Assembly (NCBI GenBank): GCA_002633005.1
Contig: NMRA01000016.1
Span: 1,717,766-1,781,765, forward strand
DNA: 64,000 bases
Direction of reading: 5' to 3'
Source of the DNA: Phoronis australis
Taxonomy: Eukaryota > Animalia > Phoronida
In this document: positions 24,801 through 36,820 of the stretch, piece by piece
Numbering within the stretch: position 1 is the stretch's first letter
Layout: each line of letters opens with the position of its first letter
Made by a program: the position numbers and the translations under genes
Notes under the pieces: model-generated
The model's input: only the letters and a program-made list of their open reading frames with translations
What the model was told of the DNA's origin: nothing
Databases searched by the model: none

Positions 24801-27800
24801 CCACTAGACTATACCAACGAATTGAATCAATGCTGTCTTTGCAATGTGATCCAAAAGATAAGAAATATCTGATCATAATCGAATTAAAAAAGCCTGGGTA
24901 AAATAAACAATATAAATATAAATATAACGAGAATGAAATGAATAAGCTGAGAAGATCATGTCATCTATGAAGTGTCACCTGCACAATATATGAAGATGAA
25001 CAACTTCTTCATTTCTCATTTTCCGGAAAATTCAGTCATTCGCAAAACCGAGAAAAAAGATGTTAAACCAAGAAAATGTCCATCATCTTCAGCTGGCCCG
25101 CGCAGAGACATTGGCACATGAAAATACCCCTTATACACCGAAAGCTCTTCTGCAAATTACGCTATAGACCTCCTCATGACTAAACCATCGTAGTCATGTT
25201 GCTATAAGTACCTTTCGGGGCGTAAAAAGATATCTTTGGTGATCGCCACCTTGAATGAATACTTCGAACGTTCTGTTTTTAGACATTTAGCTTCAATTAC
25301 AAGGATTCTCAGATGTGCGCGAATGTTGACGTCTGCAACGCCTAGTTTTCATTATATTCCAGTGCACTGTTGCGTGAAACATGTCCAATAAGGACTCAAC
25401 TAAGTTCCCTAAACCTTTTGCGCATTTGTTTTGTTCTTTACTCACAAATGATTTACTTTTTACATCATTTTATCTTTATTATGAGGTCCTCTGACAATTG
25501 ACATCTTCTAATAATATAACTGAACAGAGTCCTTAATTTAGTCGATATAATTAGGGACTTAGTCCTTAATTTAGAGGCGTTTCACGAATAGATCCACAAC
25601 TTTTTCAATGATATTTAGAACTCAACGTAGAGTTCACTCTCCATTTGTGACAAAGCCAAACACTAAATTAGTAATGATACTCAAACAGAATAATAAAGAA
25701 CAATTAATGTTCTTACAAGTCTGCAAATACGTAACAGATTTAGGGACTTAGTTCAGCCCCTACTCGGGAATGTTTCATGCAACCGGGCACAGAAGACTTA
25801 CCTCTACTCTAACGTTTTCGTTAGTGCAAGAAGGCACCTGTCGGAAATAAATTGTGATTGCCGAAGTATTTGTTTAAGTTGGAAGGACGAGGCGTAATTT
25901 GCCGAAAAGTTTAACACTTTGTGAAGTCCTGTCAGCCGATCCGTTTTAATTCCAAGTTTCATTTCCTTTGTAATGAGATTACGTCCCAAGATTTAAGATA
26001 AAATCGTTAAATTGTCCCTCATTTTGAAAGTTTTGTGGAAGGTACATTACCCGGACGCGCAGACCTCTCATAGTTTAGGGTCCAGCGAAACAATGATCCG
26101 GCTGTGGCAAGTTTTCAGTTTATGACTAATTTATTGAAACGCCTTAAGAATGACAAGAGACGCTTACAAGGCAAAGGGACTCAACGCAAGTCGATCATAT
26201 GTATGTAAACTGTGACACCTGACCCCGTCTTTAAGTGGAGGTTGTGTGCATACTCAGAGAAAATGGTAGTTTTGAAAAAGAAAACGCATGATATTGTATG
26301 GCTATACGGTATAGAGTCGATGTGCACTGACTATATTTACCTTCTCTCTCGAGTTTCAGCGTCGTCTGCTCTGGCATGATTCCTCCCGTGTAGGCTGGGA
26401 TGGCCAACGTAGGTCACTTGGGAGTAGACCATGTACAGACCAGCCATGTTTATTTTTATTGCGGTGAGTTCGTCTTCAAGTATCATGTTTGTGAACCCCG
26501 AAATCGCAGGTGAACGTTGGCTGGGTTGCCGCCACTGAAATACAATCTCTGAAAAAATGAAATAGTTCCTTTGCTTATCAAAACAACATTTTGACGTCTT
26601 CAATCAGGCTCCGCAACACAAGTTTGTTCAGAAACATATGCAAATTTGTACTTAGCATGAATTTTTCGTCAAAGTCAGGATTAACATTTCAGAGATTGCC
26701 ATGTAAGTTCATACACGACAATATTTCAGAGACACGTTGTAAGTTCATTCCATACGTTCAATATTAGGCCGGCGTTGTAAAGTTGCGCACTTGTAAGTAC
26801 CATTGCAAAGCCACCAATACTACTGTCCTCTAAGTTGAAAAACACAGTACGGCAACTTCCGTTATGAGGTGTTGTAGGCCGGGCTTGTCATGTGATGTCA
26901 TTTTTCAATCAAGCCACCCGGACGACAGGTGTCGCTTTTCGGGAACTGCCGGGCCAAACAGACATTGTAGAAACCATAAACCCTGACTTTTTACTTATGG
27001 TCAAAGCGAGAAAACGAATCTAACAGTATATTTACTAAGATGCGGAAACATCGGAGAAAGAAGCACCAGTGACCGTGTAGTGAAACAAATACACACACAC
27101 CTACTCCTCAGGCATATCAGGTCATATGGGCGTCAGGAGAGCTATGATGCATTCAGTTCGTACGTAACCTGATATCACCGTCGGGATCGGTACATGTTTT
27201 ATGAAAGGTACGACTTGACACTTGGGCGGGTATGCACATTTATGCAAAGTGGAATACGTACTTTTATACTTAAGTTACAAACATTTTAAACAATTTTGCG
27301 ATATCCACTATAACTGCCACGAATCTTTCTTCTGCCAAAAACGACTGGCAAGAGCTAGGGCTACACAACGATGTCGCAATCTTTTCATATGCTGTCAGTA
27401 AACGTGACGCAGACGGGACTTATCAGACACTACTTAGGAGGGGCACTTTCCATTGCGAGCTCACGATAGTATACGTTTGGACTTTATTACGAGAACGATA
27501 AATAACCTGGGAATGTGTGGCACACGAATAGTAGGCCCTGAAGTCGAAACCTTGCTAAATTCCGTGGACTTACATGCGGCAGAGCTAACTGTTGAGAGGG
27601 CGCGAGGGGGGGGGGGGNNNNNNNNGGTTCATCCACCGTAACTCAAGACAGGGGAAATTTGATGGACTAATATGAAAGCCTTTTTGGAAACGCTCTCTCA
27701 GCTCCCCTTGCCAGCAGCTCATAGCTTATACTCATTGTTTAAGTCCGATTACTAGCGTTTGTGTACGTACGCTATTGCGCAAACACCGTTAACGTGATCG

Positions 27801-30800
27801 TTTCCTCTCTTGCGTCCGAGTTTGGTTAAACGTATGGTTAACACGGAACCAGATGACTTGGTGAACCTTACTTTACCTAAAAAAAACAAGTAACAACACC
27901 GTGATGTCAACTCGAGCCGTGTCAATTTGTGACCTTTGCATAATGCGACATCAGGGACTTATAAGAAACACCTGGTCAATGTCGAATAAATTAGTATAAC
28001 AAAAAATGATTTTCAATGCGACGATCAAGGTGGAAAGGTAGAGTGGAGAATGAAATGAGCGTCCGGGCGCTAATACGCGACATTATTGTATATCTTATAA
28101 CTGTTGATAGCAGTTCGTAAATCATTCGCTGTGGTGGTGCCACTATGAGGCAAAACTATGTGTATTACAATGGAGTTCACTGCAGGAATGGCATCTATGC
28201 CAGACCACGCAGTTGAGTAGGCTAACATTGGATGTTCCCAGACTCAAAGCACTTCTTCGAGATCGTGTTGTATCTCTTGGAAAACGCAGAAAGCAAGCAA
28301 TAGTTGGGAGTCTGCTCGGAAGTCTGAAGGGCCTTAGGTCCGATATTCCATTAGGCCGAAAGGCCCATAGTCCGAAACGAAATGAAATTTTCTATCAGAT
28401 CTTTGGTGGACAAGCGTTCAGCCCCATGAACATATGATATGTAATGCGGAGGGGAGGTTTCAACTTACTGGTATAAACAGAGTTTTAACACTTTTCCTGA
28501 TATCCTAATACCGACAAATTTCCACTGCAATGCGGTGGGGTGTATTAATGCCTTACGGAAAAAGGTAAACCTTTCGAAATATCAAAGGATGAATAAGCAC
28601 GATGTTCCATACATTTCTCACGGCCAAGAAAAATCCACCACAAAGCCATTCACTCGCGTGCTTTCATTACTCTACAGAGAACCAATATGAGAAGTTACTT
28701 TATAAATGCTACTTAAAATAACCGATCGTTGTATTTCAAAACCCAATTGAGCTAATCTTTTTTCTGTCTTTCAATTTTTGAGTAATTCCGTGAAATGACA
28801 AATCAAAACAAGATTTTACATCGTCCAATTCCATATTTTTCCGAGAAAATGTAAATTAAATAACCTACTATCGAAATACATGCAAGTCAACCTTTATCAG
28901 TTTATTTCAAGTTTTTCGCGAGATCGCGCGGTTGACATTTATGAGAACATGTTTGAGGAGTTTCCGATTACTTATGCACGTTTGTCATCGTTACTCATCT
29001 TTATTCTTATCGATTACGATTTTCCTGACATCTCTACTGTTATCTGTAGTAGTGTAAACAATGACTGATTTCAAGTAGGCGGGAGAAATAAACGGGTGGG
29101 AAGGGGTTCTGTGCCGTGGCAGGCAGGAAAACCCGAAACGAGAATGCTTGGGACACGGCTTTTGGCTTATGCGACACCTATTGGGTATTTCAAAAAATCG
29201 CTCACTAAAAGTGTGATCCGGAAAATGTGCTAAACACATCGCTCATTTTTAAGACGTTTAAAATTTCAATTTGCTTCTAAAAGGGCCCAAATTTAAGAAA
29301 TACATAAACTGGATTTTCAGAAAACTTGTTTGTGTCTCTTAAAAATCTGCTCAACAAGTCACACTTTAAACTCAATTGTGTATTTTTATTCTACAATTTA
29401 AACCGAGTCTTCAGTTTGCGACGACGAAGACGATATGCTAGTTAAAAAATGCGTTCATGGTGATGTTGATGGAACTCCGGCTAGAAGTCATCGTTAATTG
29501 ACTTATCGCATGCTCCGCCTCCTTGCGAAATATCGACAAATGACCAATAAGTTTTACCCGGCAACGCGTTGTTTGTCGGGTAAAATGGCGGCTTGGAAAC
29601 GAAGGTGTGTCAAGAATGCTGCGTTCTGATTGGTCAGTTAAGTTGTCACTCAAAATCCTTGTGATAAATCAATTATGTGTGTGTACATTGGCTTACCTTG
29701 CGAGTCGTCCAGGATGTTGCTGATAAGGTGAACGCGTTTGGCACCACCGGGAGTACCACTGCCCGTTAAATGAGATACGGGTGTATATGCACCTGCGTGG
29801 GAGAAAATCAACAAGTAGTATTTGTGTGAAAGATACTTTGCTGAGTCCAGAGCGTGGTTCCGTTATCAATGAATTTAATTCCATCATTTCAACCAGAATT
29901 TTGAAACACATTTAAGCAGTGATTTGTTCCAGCACAAGTGCATGTAATTCTTGTCGCTTAAAACGATAAAACGTGAGAGCAAGTGTTGCATAGCGCTCAG
30001 CTGATTGTGATGTGACCTTGTGTTTTATTGTATATACAACAAAGCGATGAAATTTTAGAATAAATATCCTTCAGTTATTTTTACTGGATCAAGTGTCCTC
30101 AGTGAACGGAAAACTGTCGACCTATGAAACCGTTTGGACACCCTTGAATATCATTAGATAAAACACGTAACTTAATACACGCCCCTGCTCGATCGATACA
30201 ATTAGAAGCAAAATACTTTCAGTAAAGGCGCGTGGGCCTAAATAATAATCGCGTAAACAGTACTTCCTGCAAGATATTTTATCTGCGTGAAATAATTAGT
30301 TTCAGGGCGTAGAATAATGATTGAAACTAGCTATTAAGTGTACACAAAAAACATTGAATAACTTTTCTGATTCACCAACTCATAGTCAGACCATTTAGTT
30401 ATTAACAGGCATTTCCTTTACATTCGCCAATTAAGACAAAATCATGCGTTTCATCAGTCGAAGGATATCACTCCAAAATAAACACTTCTTAACTTTCAGC
30501 CCTGTTTGTGATTGCCATATTTAATTATTGATTTTCATTTTTTTAATAAGCGGGCGGGGTCTCCGTGGATACCTAATTACATGTAGCTACAGTTCAGTGA
30601 ATACCCACAATGCATGAGCCAGCTGTCATTCACTACGGCGGCCATTTTAGGTTGTGGTGCACCACCAAAAGTAAAAAATTAAACTAAAGAAACCACATTT
30701 AACTCATTCTTTTTGCAAATATTTGGAGTTGTATGGAATAAGCGTAATGTGGTTAAGTTTCGACTGAACTAACTTACTTTTAAATCCGTTTTATGAAGTT

Positions 30801-33750
30801 CGTAACTAAAATGGAGCGGACAGGGTTTATTAAAGCTTCGAAAAGTTACTGATTAGTGTAGGTCACTAGGCGAGAAGAACTTAGCATTCTTGTTGGGGTG
30901 ACGCATAACGTTAATAACGTTGACCTACAGTCTCAACACAACGATAATTTATCGTGGCAAGCCTCTGGAAAATGCGGTGTGGGTGTTAATCTTGCTAATC
31001 AGAATTCAATCTATTCTGATTAATATTGGAAAGAGATACACAAAATTTCACACGTCTCAGGTTTATCGAAGCTGAAAACAGTGCAGCAACTTACTTGAAA
31101 ACAAATGACGCAAAACACTGTTCATGTTTTGCTCAATTTTGGCGTTTGATCTCAATTCTGCTCGGCTTAGTGAAATTGAGATGATTGTATAACTTCGAAT
31201 CAACTGTGAGTCACTTGAAACCAATCTCTACTAGTTGGCTTGCCACGGTGTGCCATTTTATGCGGCGTAACATGGTCCAGACAACGAGTAACGAACTGTT
31301 AATTATTTGTAAATTCAGGAATCACTTTCCATCTGAGTTAGAAAAGTTATACTGATACTTCTTTGACCACACATGGGTTTCTAGTCGCGTCTACCCAAGA
31401 TACAATTCTTGAAGGAAAACTTGTCTAAATACTTTAATCATTGTGACATTCCCGATGCTCAACGGATAATTGAAAAAGCGTAGGTATATTACCAGTAAGA
31501 TGTCGTCGAAGTCGACTGTTGTATGTCTTCTTGAAAAACGAAACTCCCAAGTTCTGCTGAAAAAAACAAGAGGGTATTAAGTAATTCGTATGAGATATGC
31601 GCGAGTGTTCGCATCAGTATACGCATGCGTTAGTGACGTAACGAGTGGAGTGGCTAAAGCTACAAATCCCATGTCCAGTTAACTCCAAATTATTTTTGAC
31701 ACTTCCCGTTTTCCTTTAGCACTATCTTAAAATAACTGAGCTCGAGTATGTCACAATCCACGCAGATGACTGTCTAGTCCCAGTTCGCAATTTAGATTAT
31801 TTAAGTCCTGATCCTTGGGTCATCAAGTGCACAAGGACTAGATAGTCATCGAGCAAAAATAACAGAAATGTACAGTTATCTCCAATTTGCAAAAAAGTGG
31901 AATGGAAAAAAATATAGAGTTCGATTTTGAGTACAAGGATTAGAATGGTGGGAAGGTAGATCAATCGTCTTCAAAACGGAATTCCCATCAGCCGTCTTAC
32001 GAGTACTGTAATCAGCGTAATCACCCGGATTATCTCAAGTGTTCGCGTAGGTCCAAATTTTCGTCGATCGGGGGTGAGCGTTATCAGTGCACTGGTTTGG
32101 CATTACAATGGGCGAACGAACACTAGCATACTAGCAGAGCCTCTCACGGCGGTAAGAAGGCGGGCCTGCCGTCTAATTGATTTGAGGTTCAGCGAGGTCA
32201 GTAGCACTCAATCATGTACCTTTTTTAGCCACGGTTTAATTTGTCACGCTCAGTTTCATAAAAAAGTTGGTTAGATGAGGTCAGTTTTAACTTTTGAGCT
32301 GCATGTGAAGGGTACAAATGGCATTTCCTTGGTTTTTGATCCTGTTCTAAGTGAAAGATTGCCCCCTTGATCCACAATTGCTCAGCCGTGGCTTTTCTGA
32401 AACGTTTACTACTTGCAACAGGGAAGTTGAAATTTAGCAGGAAAAATCAGGTACCCTCCATTCACTTTGGATTTGTAAAAACGTTTTGTATATCCTGTGG
32501 TACACACTGTTGGAGTTGAAATTTCAAACCATGCTTAGTAAGTGCCTTTGTGTAGGTTTTCATAGGAAACAAGAAAAACACGATGCCTTGGTTGCAACTA
32601 ATGCAGGTGGGTGTTTCCTAAGTCGGTGAGCGCAGGTCTCAAAATAAATTTGCATACAAACCAAGGCTATTTATGCATATGTATAGTATCCAACGCTGTG
32701 GAAATAAAAAAATAATGTTATGTTAGTGATTCGGCACGACGCCGGGTTTGCAGGCTTTACCTTGGAGGCTGTGTCTTGTCGTTTTTGTTATTAGGACGAG
32801 ATTTTTCAAAGACTGGTTACTGGTTGCCAGACTAATAGATGTACTGTTTATATATGTGTGTACGTCTCGACGTACATGTACATGTACTACTACGGTGTGG
32901 GCTTAGCACACTGTTTTCATTGTGTAAGACCTGTTCAGAACAACAGCTCTCTTATATATACATGTACATGGCATTGTGGCTCACTTTCAAGGGACAGGGA
33001 GTACTATTCTTTGTTGTATTTGTTTTGTAAAATAAAGGATTAATTCATTGTTAAAACACATGCGTAGGCAATTCTATAATCAAACAAGACAACCGTTTCC
33101 CAACACGCGGGCGTATGCTGTCGTTACCTTGATCTCCGCAACGCCAAAACCTAAGATAATAACACTTCACCGAGACTCACTTTAAAACCAAGCTCCAAAT
33201 GAACTGTCACAGATTGAAGTCCTTTCCAAAGATTTCGCAATCTATTACGTTTAGAGGGCAACTCGAATGGTTTCAATATACCTGGGAGTGATATACATAT
33301 TGGTCCTAGATATAAACGAATGGATTTTTTTACCCGGCTTGACAGACAGATTCGTACATGTAAGCTTGATGTAACTAATACGTGTCAACCTATTTCGTAT
33401 CCGTCGGATTCTCAAGAAGATAAAGTACATTTTCGAAGAAAACAAATCACCGCTGGACCTTAATCAATGAGGCGGGTATAACATAAGTATTCTTTACTTA
33501 CCGGAGAAGACGATATTAGAGATTTCTTGTCAACCGTCAGCCCTTTTTCTAGCGTATCCAATTTTGAGTTCAACTCATCTATCCTGATTCGTAGACTACA
33601 AACCATATACGTTGTAAACGTAGCTACCAACAGCAATGGTAAGAACAACAAGGTGATCATAAACCACTTGTTCAGAGAATTCCGTGATCTTTTGTCGCCT
33701 GAAGAAGCCTCATCACAGTGTTTACATGTTGACAACATTGGTTTTTCCAT
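18815..33750 (-). CDS. TNF superfamily ligand A (type II membrane, furin site, conventional TRAIL/FasL-like TNF domain), 6 exons, 286 aa
   Basis: Exons 33750-33502, 31556-31493, 29792-29697, 26548-26341, 23040-22948, 18965-18815. All introns are GT-AG, phases 0,1,1,2,2, total 861 nt with an open frame. TM segment FMITLLFLPLLLVATFTTYMV, coiled stalk, RLRR, then PVSHLTG / FQW / KINMAGLYMVYSQVTY / TVLMRS / DSNYHAGVFYLKFGDRLYV / SFFGTFLI. Confidence 0.88.
19268..20033. other. Assembly gap (N run)
   Basis: Direct reading. Confidence 1.
20034..20481 (-). mobile_element. Second THAP-bearing Kolobok-like element end, truncated by the assembly gap, in the last intron of TNF gene A
   Basis: Minus ORF MPLCCGASF...RFLLPRESELLRKWL...LRVCGL (degenerate THAP). 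Terminus ...ggcattctcct|TTAA at 20481/20482-20485. The other end probably lies in the N gap. Confidence 0.6.
20523..20671. mobile_element. ~150-bp MITE family copy 2
   Basis: Perfect 20-bp inverted repeat cgttcagtaacgctaggacc / ggtcctagcgttactgaacg. Confidence 0.8.
25360..25792. mobile_element. MITE (GTTGCGTGAAACA...TGTTTCATGCAAC); diverged relative at ~50760-51377
   Basis: Inverted termini with AACTAAGT(T)CCCTAAA / TTTAGGGACTTAGTT subterminal motifs. The interior resembles 50790-51060. Confidence 0.65.
32290..32530. repeat. Dispersed repeat; copies at ~54340-54660 and, more diverged, ~24190-24400
   Basis: Shared gca.gtgaagg.tac..atggcattt.cttg.ttttt..cctgttct.agtgaaagattg...ccccttgatccac...aaatttagcagg...ctttggatttgtaaaa. 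Confidence 0.75.
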
Positions 33751-35883
33751 TTTTCTGACAAAACGTAGCAGCAGATGACGAAAGACGAACCTTTAGTCAA
33801 TGGTCGCTCTTACTCGGACTGAATGGGGAACCGAAACCACTAGTTTCGATGCGTGGGCATCACTATAGCCTATGACCACTTCCTCCTAGCCGAATCCCTG
33901 AATGGGCTGTCAGCTTTTGCTNTACCTTTCTTGTTGCTAAATTGCACTTAAAAACATTATCATGTGACCTAATTAGTAGCAGAATGGCATAATGCTAATC
34001 ACCAAATTGTACAATCTGTCTGCTTCCAGAAAACATACACTTCTACTGGCTTAAAATCTTTAGTTCAGTAGACATTAACCTAAACACCCAATGAGTACCT
34101 ACAAAACTTGAAACTATTGTATAGCCTTTTGTGCCCCTACTCGTAAATTACTGTGAAGATACGAGCACAACCTCCGAAATCGCTTTTGCATTATATCCAG
34201 GTTTCCATTCGGTCCCTTGCAGACATTCACTAGTAAAACCGAGCTCAGAGGAATGGGAGCCATATTTGTGCAATGCAAGATTGTCAAAAAGTGAGGTCAG
34301 GATTGACCCCTGGTCACCCAAACGAGGGTCCGGAGCTCAAGCCACGCTGTCTCCTCAACTCCTGTGATACATGTACCTATCACAGGCATGCTTCTCCAAG
34401 AAGACAGATTGCAATACCAAGTCATAATTAGAGCATAGGAAGGATCCAACATAATCAAGGTTCTAAATAGTCTAAATATGAATACACTATCTATCCTTAT
34501 CTCCACGGGGCTTTTGATGAACCTTTAACGTCTTTGAAAACTTTAATTGAATTCTTATTTAGCACTTACAATTGACAAAACTCGATACCTGGACTACGAC
34601 ATTGTAACCCGTACCCTACTGCAACCCCCTCATCCAGGCCTCAGGATACCCGCCACAATAACTTGCATTGGTGACTGAAATTTCTTACCGACAAAGATAA
34701 AAGAAAGAACCTAAATCGTACCACTCAAGCGTAACTTTAAACAGCATTCCGATGCTTCAGACTTGCTAGTGCTTGTAACATTATTTCAACTTAGAAACCC
34801 TTGCAATCATGAAATTAGCTTTTACAGACCAAGATGCGGATTTTCCCTAACAGCGGCAGATTCCGACACAATTATAGGGACATGTTCTTCATGTGCTGCT
34901 GCTGACACCTGCAGGCAAGCGCTCGTATCACATCTCCTTTGATTGTACAGTTAACGAAGATCAGAGTACACAGCTTTTCTAGACGTTCGATCAATACGAG
35001 ATATTTTACTCCAGTATCATACATTTATATCAAAATTTATATCTAAATCTTTTTTTGCATTTCTGATGATTATGTATATATATATATCACTGAAATTCTT
35101 GTTGCATTTGTATGAATTTGCATTCAAATGTATGTATATATATAAATATGTATATTGGTACATATCGATAACAAGTATGCAATATTTTGACAACGAGATA
35201 TAATTCTTTCTAGAGCACTCTAGACTTCATTCCAGTTATTTTACATTATTTTAACATTTAACTCCGTTGTTGATTGCCATAGTGGGATAACTGAAACATA
35301 CAACTCTTCATTGCTCTGTAGATATACAGTTTTCTCGGAAATTTTACGCTAAGAACGTGTTTTTCAGTAGCGCAGGCGACCAGTTCTGTGAAATTTATAA
35401 AGTTGGGTACGTTAGGGCCCTCAAAAGGAAAATCCATCACTGGTAGCCGACAGATGTTCTCTAAATTGTTCTTTCCCTTAGGCCTGCGCTGGTAGCCACG
35501 AAGATTTCACCCTAACCCCTAGGGGGGTGTGGCACGTACCTTTGCGGCACAAAGAAAGACGAGCCCCGAAGCTAAGCGGATTGAAGTAATATATTATACA
35601 ACAGAAAGACGCACAGATGCAATCCACAAGCCTTAAAAGTCGCGACAAATAGTGGCGCCGACTAAACCAAGCCATGTGGATTTTTAGAGCACAGCCCAGT
35701 GAATCATTTTCAGGCAACTGTGTCAGGGACTTACCTTTGTGCTAATACCTGTAGCAGTGTAACTTCAAAAAATAACATTGATTAAAAACACGAAACCTGA
35801 CTGAAATTGAGCACAGGTCTCAAAAAGAGTCGGTGTGGAGAGCAAAACCAACTAGGCTTCCTTGGTCTAATTTCCAGTTTACA

Positions 35884-36031
35884 CCAGCCTCTCGTTCAGT
35901 AACGCTAGGACCTCGCTAAAAAGCAAGACTTCGCGAGGTTACGTGAGATATTGCCGTGTATTTTAAATGAGATCACGTAACTTTGGCTAGATTTTAGCTA
36001 AGCCCTAGCGTAGGTACAAGCGTTACTGAAC
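35884..36031. mobile_element. ~150-bp MITE family copy 3
   Basis: cgttcagtaacgctaggacctcgctaaaaagcaagacttcgcgag...gcgttactgaac. Confidence 0.8.
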
Positions 36032-36169
36032 ATACTTTGTTTTTGACAGTTCCTGGTATCTCAAAGTTTTAGTGTTATTAGATATTCTCCAAAATGTTTA
36101 CTTTCCGACATCATCCATTTCATTGACAATAAGTGTGACGATATTAATGTTAAGGAAGGAGAGAGTTCA

Positions 36170-36820
36170 GTTTTAGCTGATACTTCGAATATCTTATCTA
36201 GCTCAAATTTCCAATGGCATGCGGTGGTTGACATCTTTGGGAGTTTCTGGTGGGCATAACCCAGCGTGTATTTTGTCTGTCATGGGGCGTTTAGTTATCA
36301 GTGACATGTATTGAATCATATGAAATTGTTTTCTGTGGTTCCTCGAATGTATGAGCTAGCTCATTTTTGGGGGGTCCTTTTTGGGTTTCTGGCGGACCCT
36401 TTCCAGAGTTCAATTTTTCTGTCATGGGTCTTTCTGTGTTCAGTGGGGTGCCATTGTTCGTCTTAAATCAGTTTTAGGTGGTACCTCGAATATCTAATCT
36501 AGCTCAAAATTTCAATGGCATGCGGTGGTTGACAATTTTGGGGGTTTCTGGCGGGAGCAACGCAGAGTGCATTTTGTCTATCATGGTTCATTTAGTGATC
36601 AGTGACGTGTATTGAATCACATTAAATTGTTTTTTGTGGTTCCTCGAATGTATCTGCTAGCTCATTTTTGGGGGTCCATTTTGGTTTCTGCCGGACTCAT
36701 TCCAAGCCGGAGTGCAATTTTTCTGTCTTGGGTCATTTGGTGTTCAGTGGGATATTATTGTGCGCTTTAAATCAGTTTTGGCTGGTAGGCCTACCTCGAA
36801 TACCTAGGCTAGCTCATTTT
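36170..36820. repeat. Degenerate tandem repeat with ~300-bp period built from two ~150-bp subunits; a single subunit also at ~17120-17280
   Basis: tcgaatatct.atctagctcaaa.tt.caatggcatgcggtggttgaca occurs at 36186 and 36486. ttcctcgaatgtat..gctagctcatttttggggg occurs at 36339 and 36640. Confidence 0.8.

Noticed and set aside
32761-32812. Possible extra exon in TNF gene A intron 1
   Set aside because: Weak acceptor. Including it shifts exon 2 out of the RLRR frame and breaks phase agreement with exon 3 and with paralog B.
36170-36820. CRISPR-like periodicity
   Set aside because: Whole units repeat with no unique spacers, and the context is eukaryotic with no cas genes.
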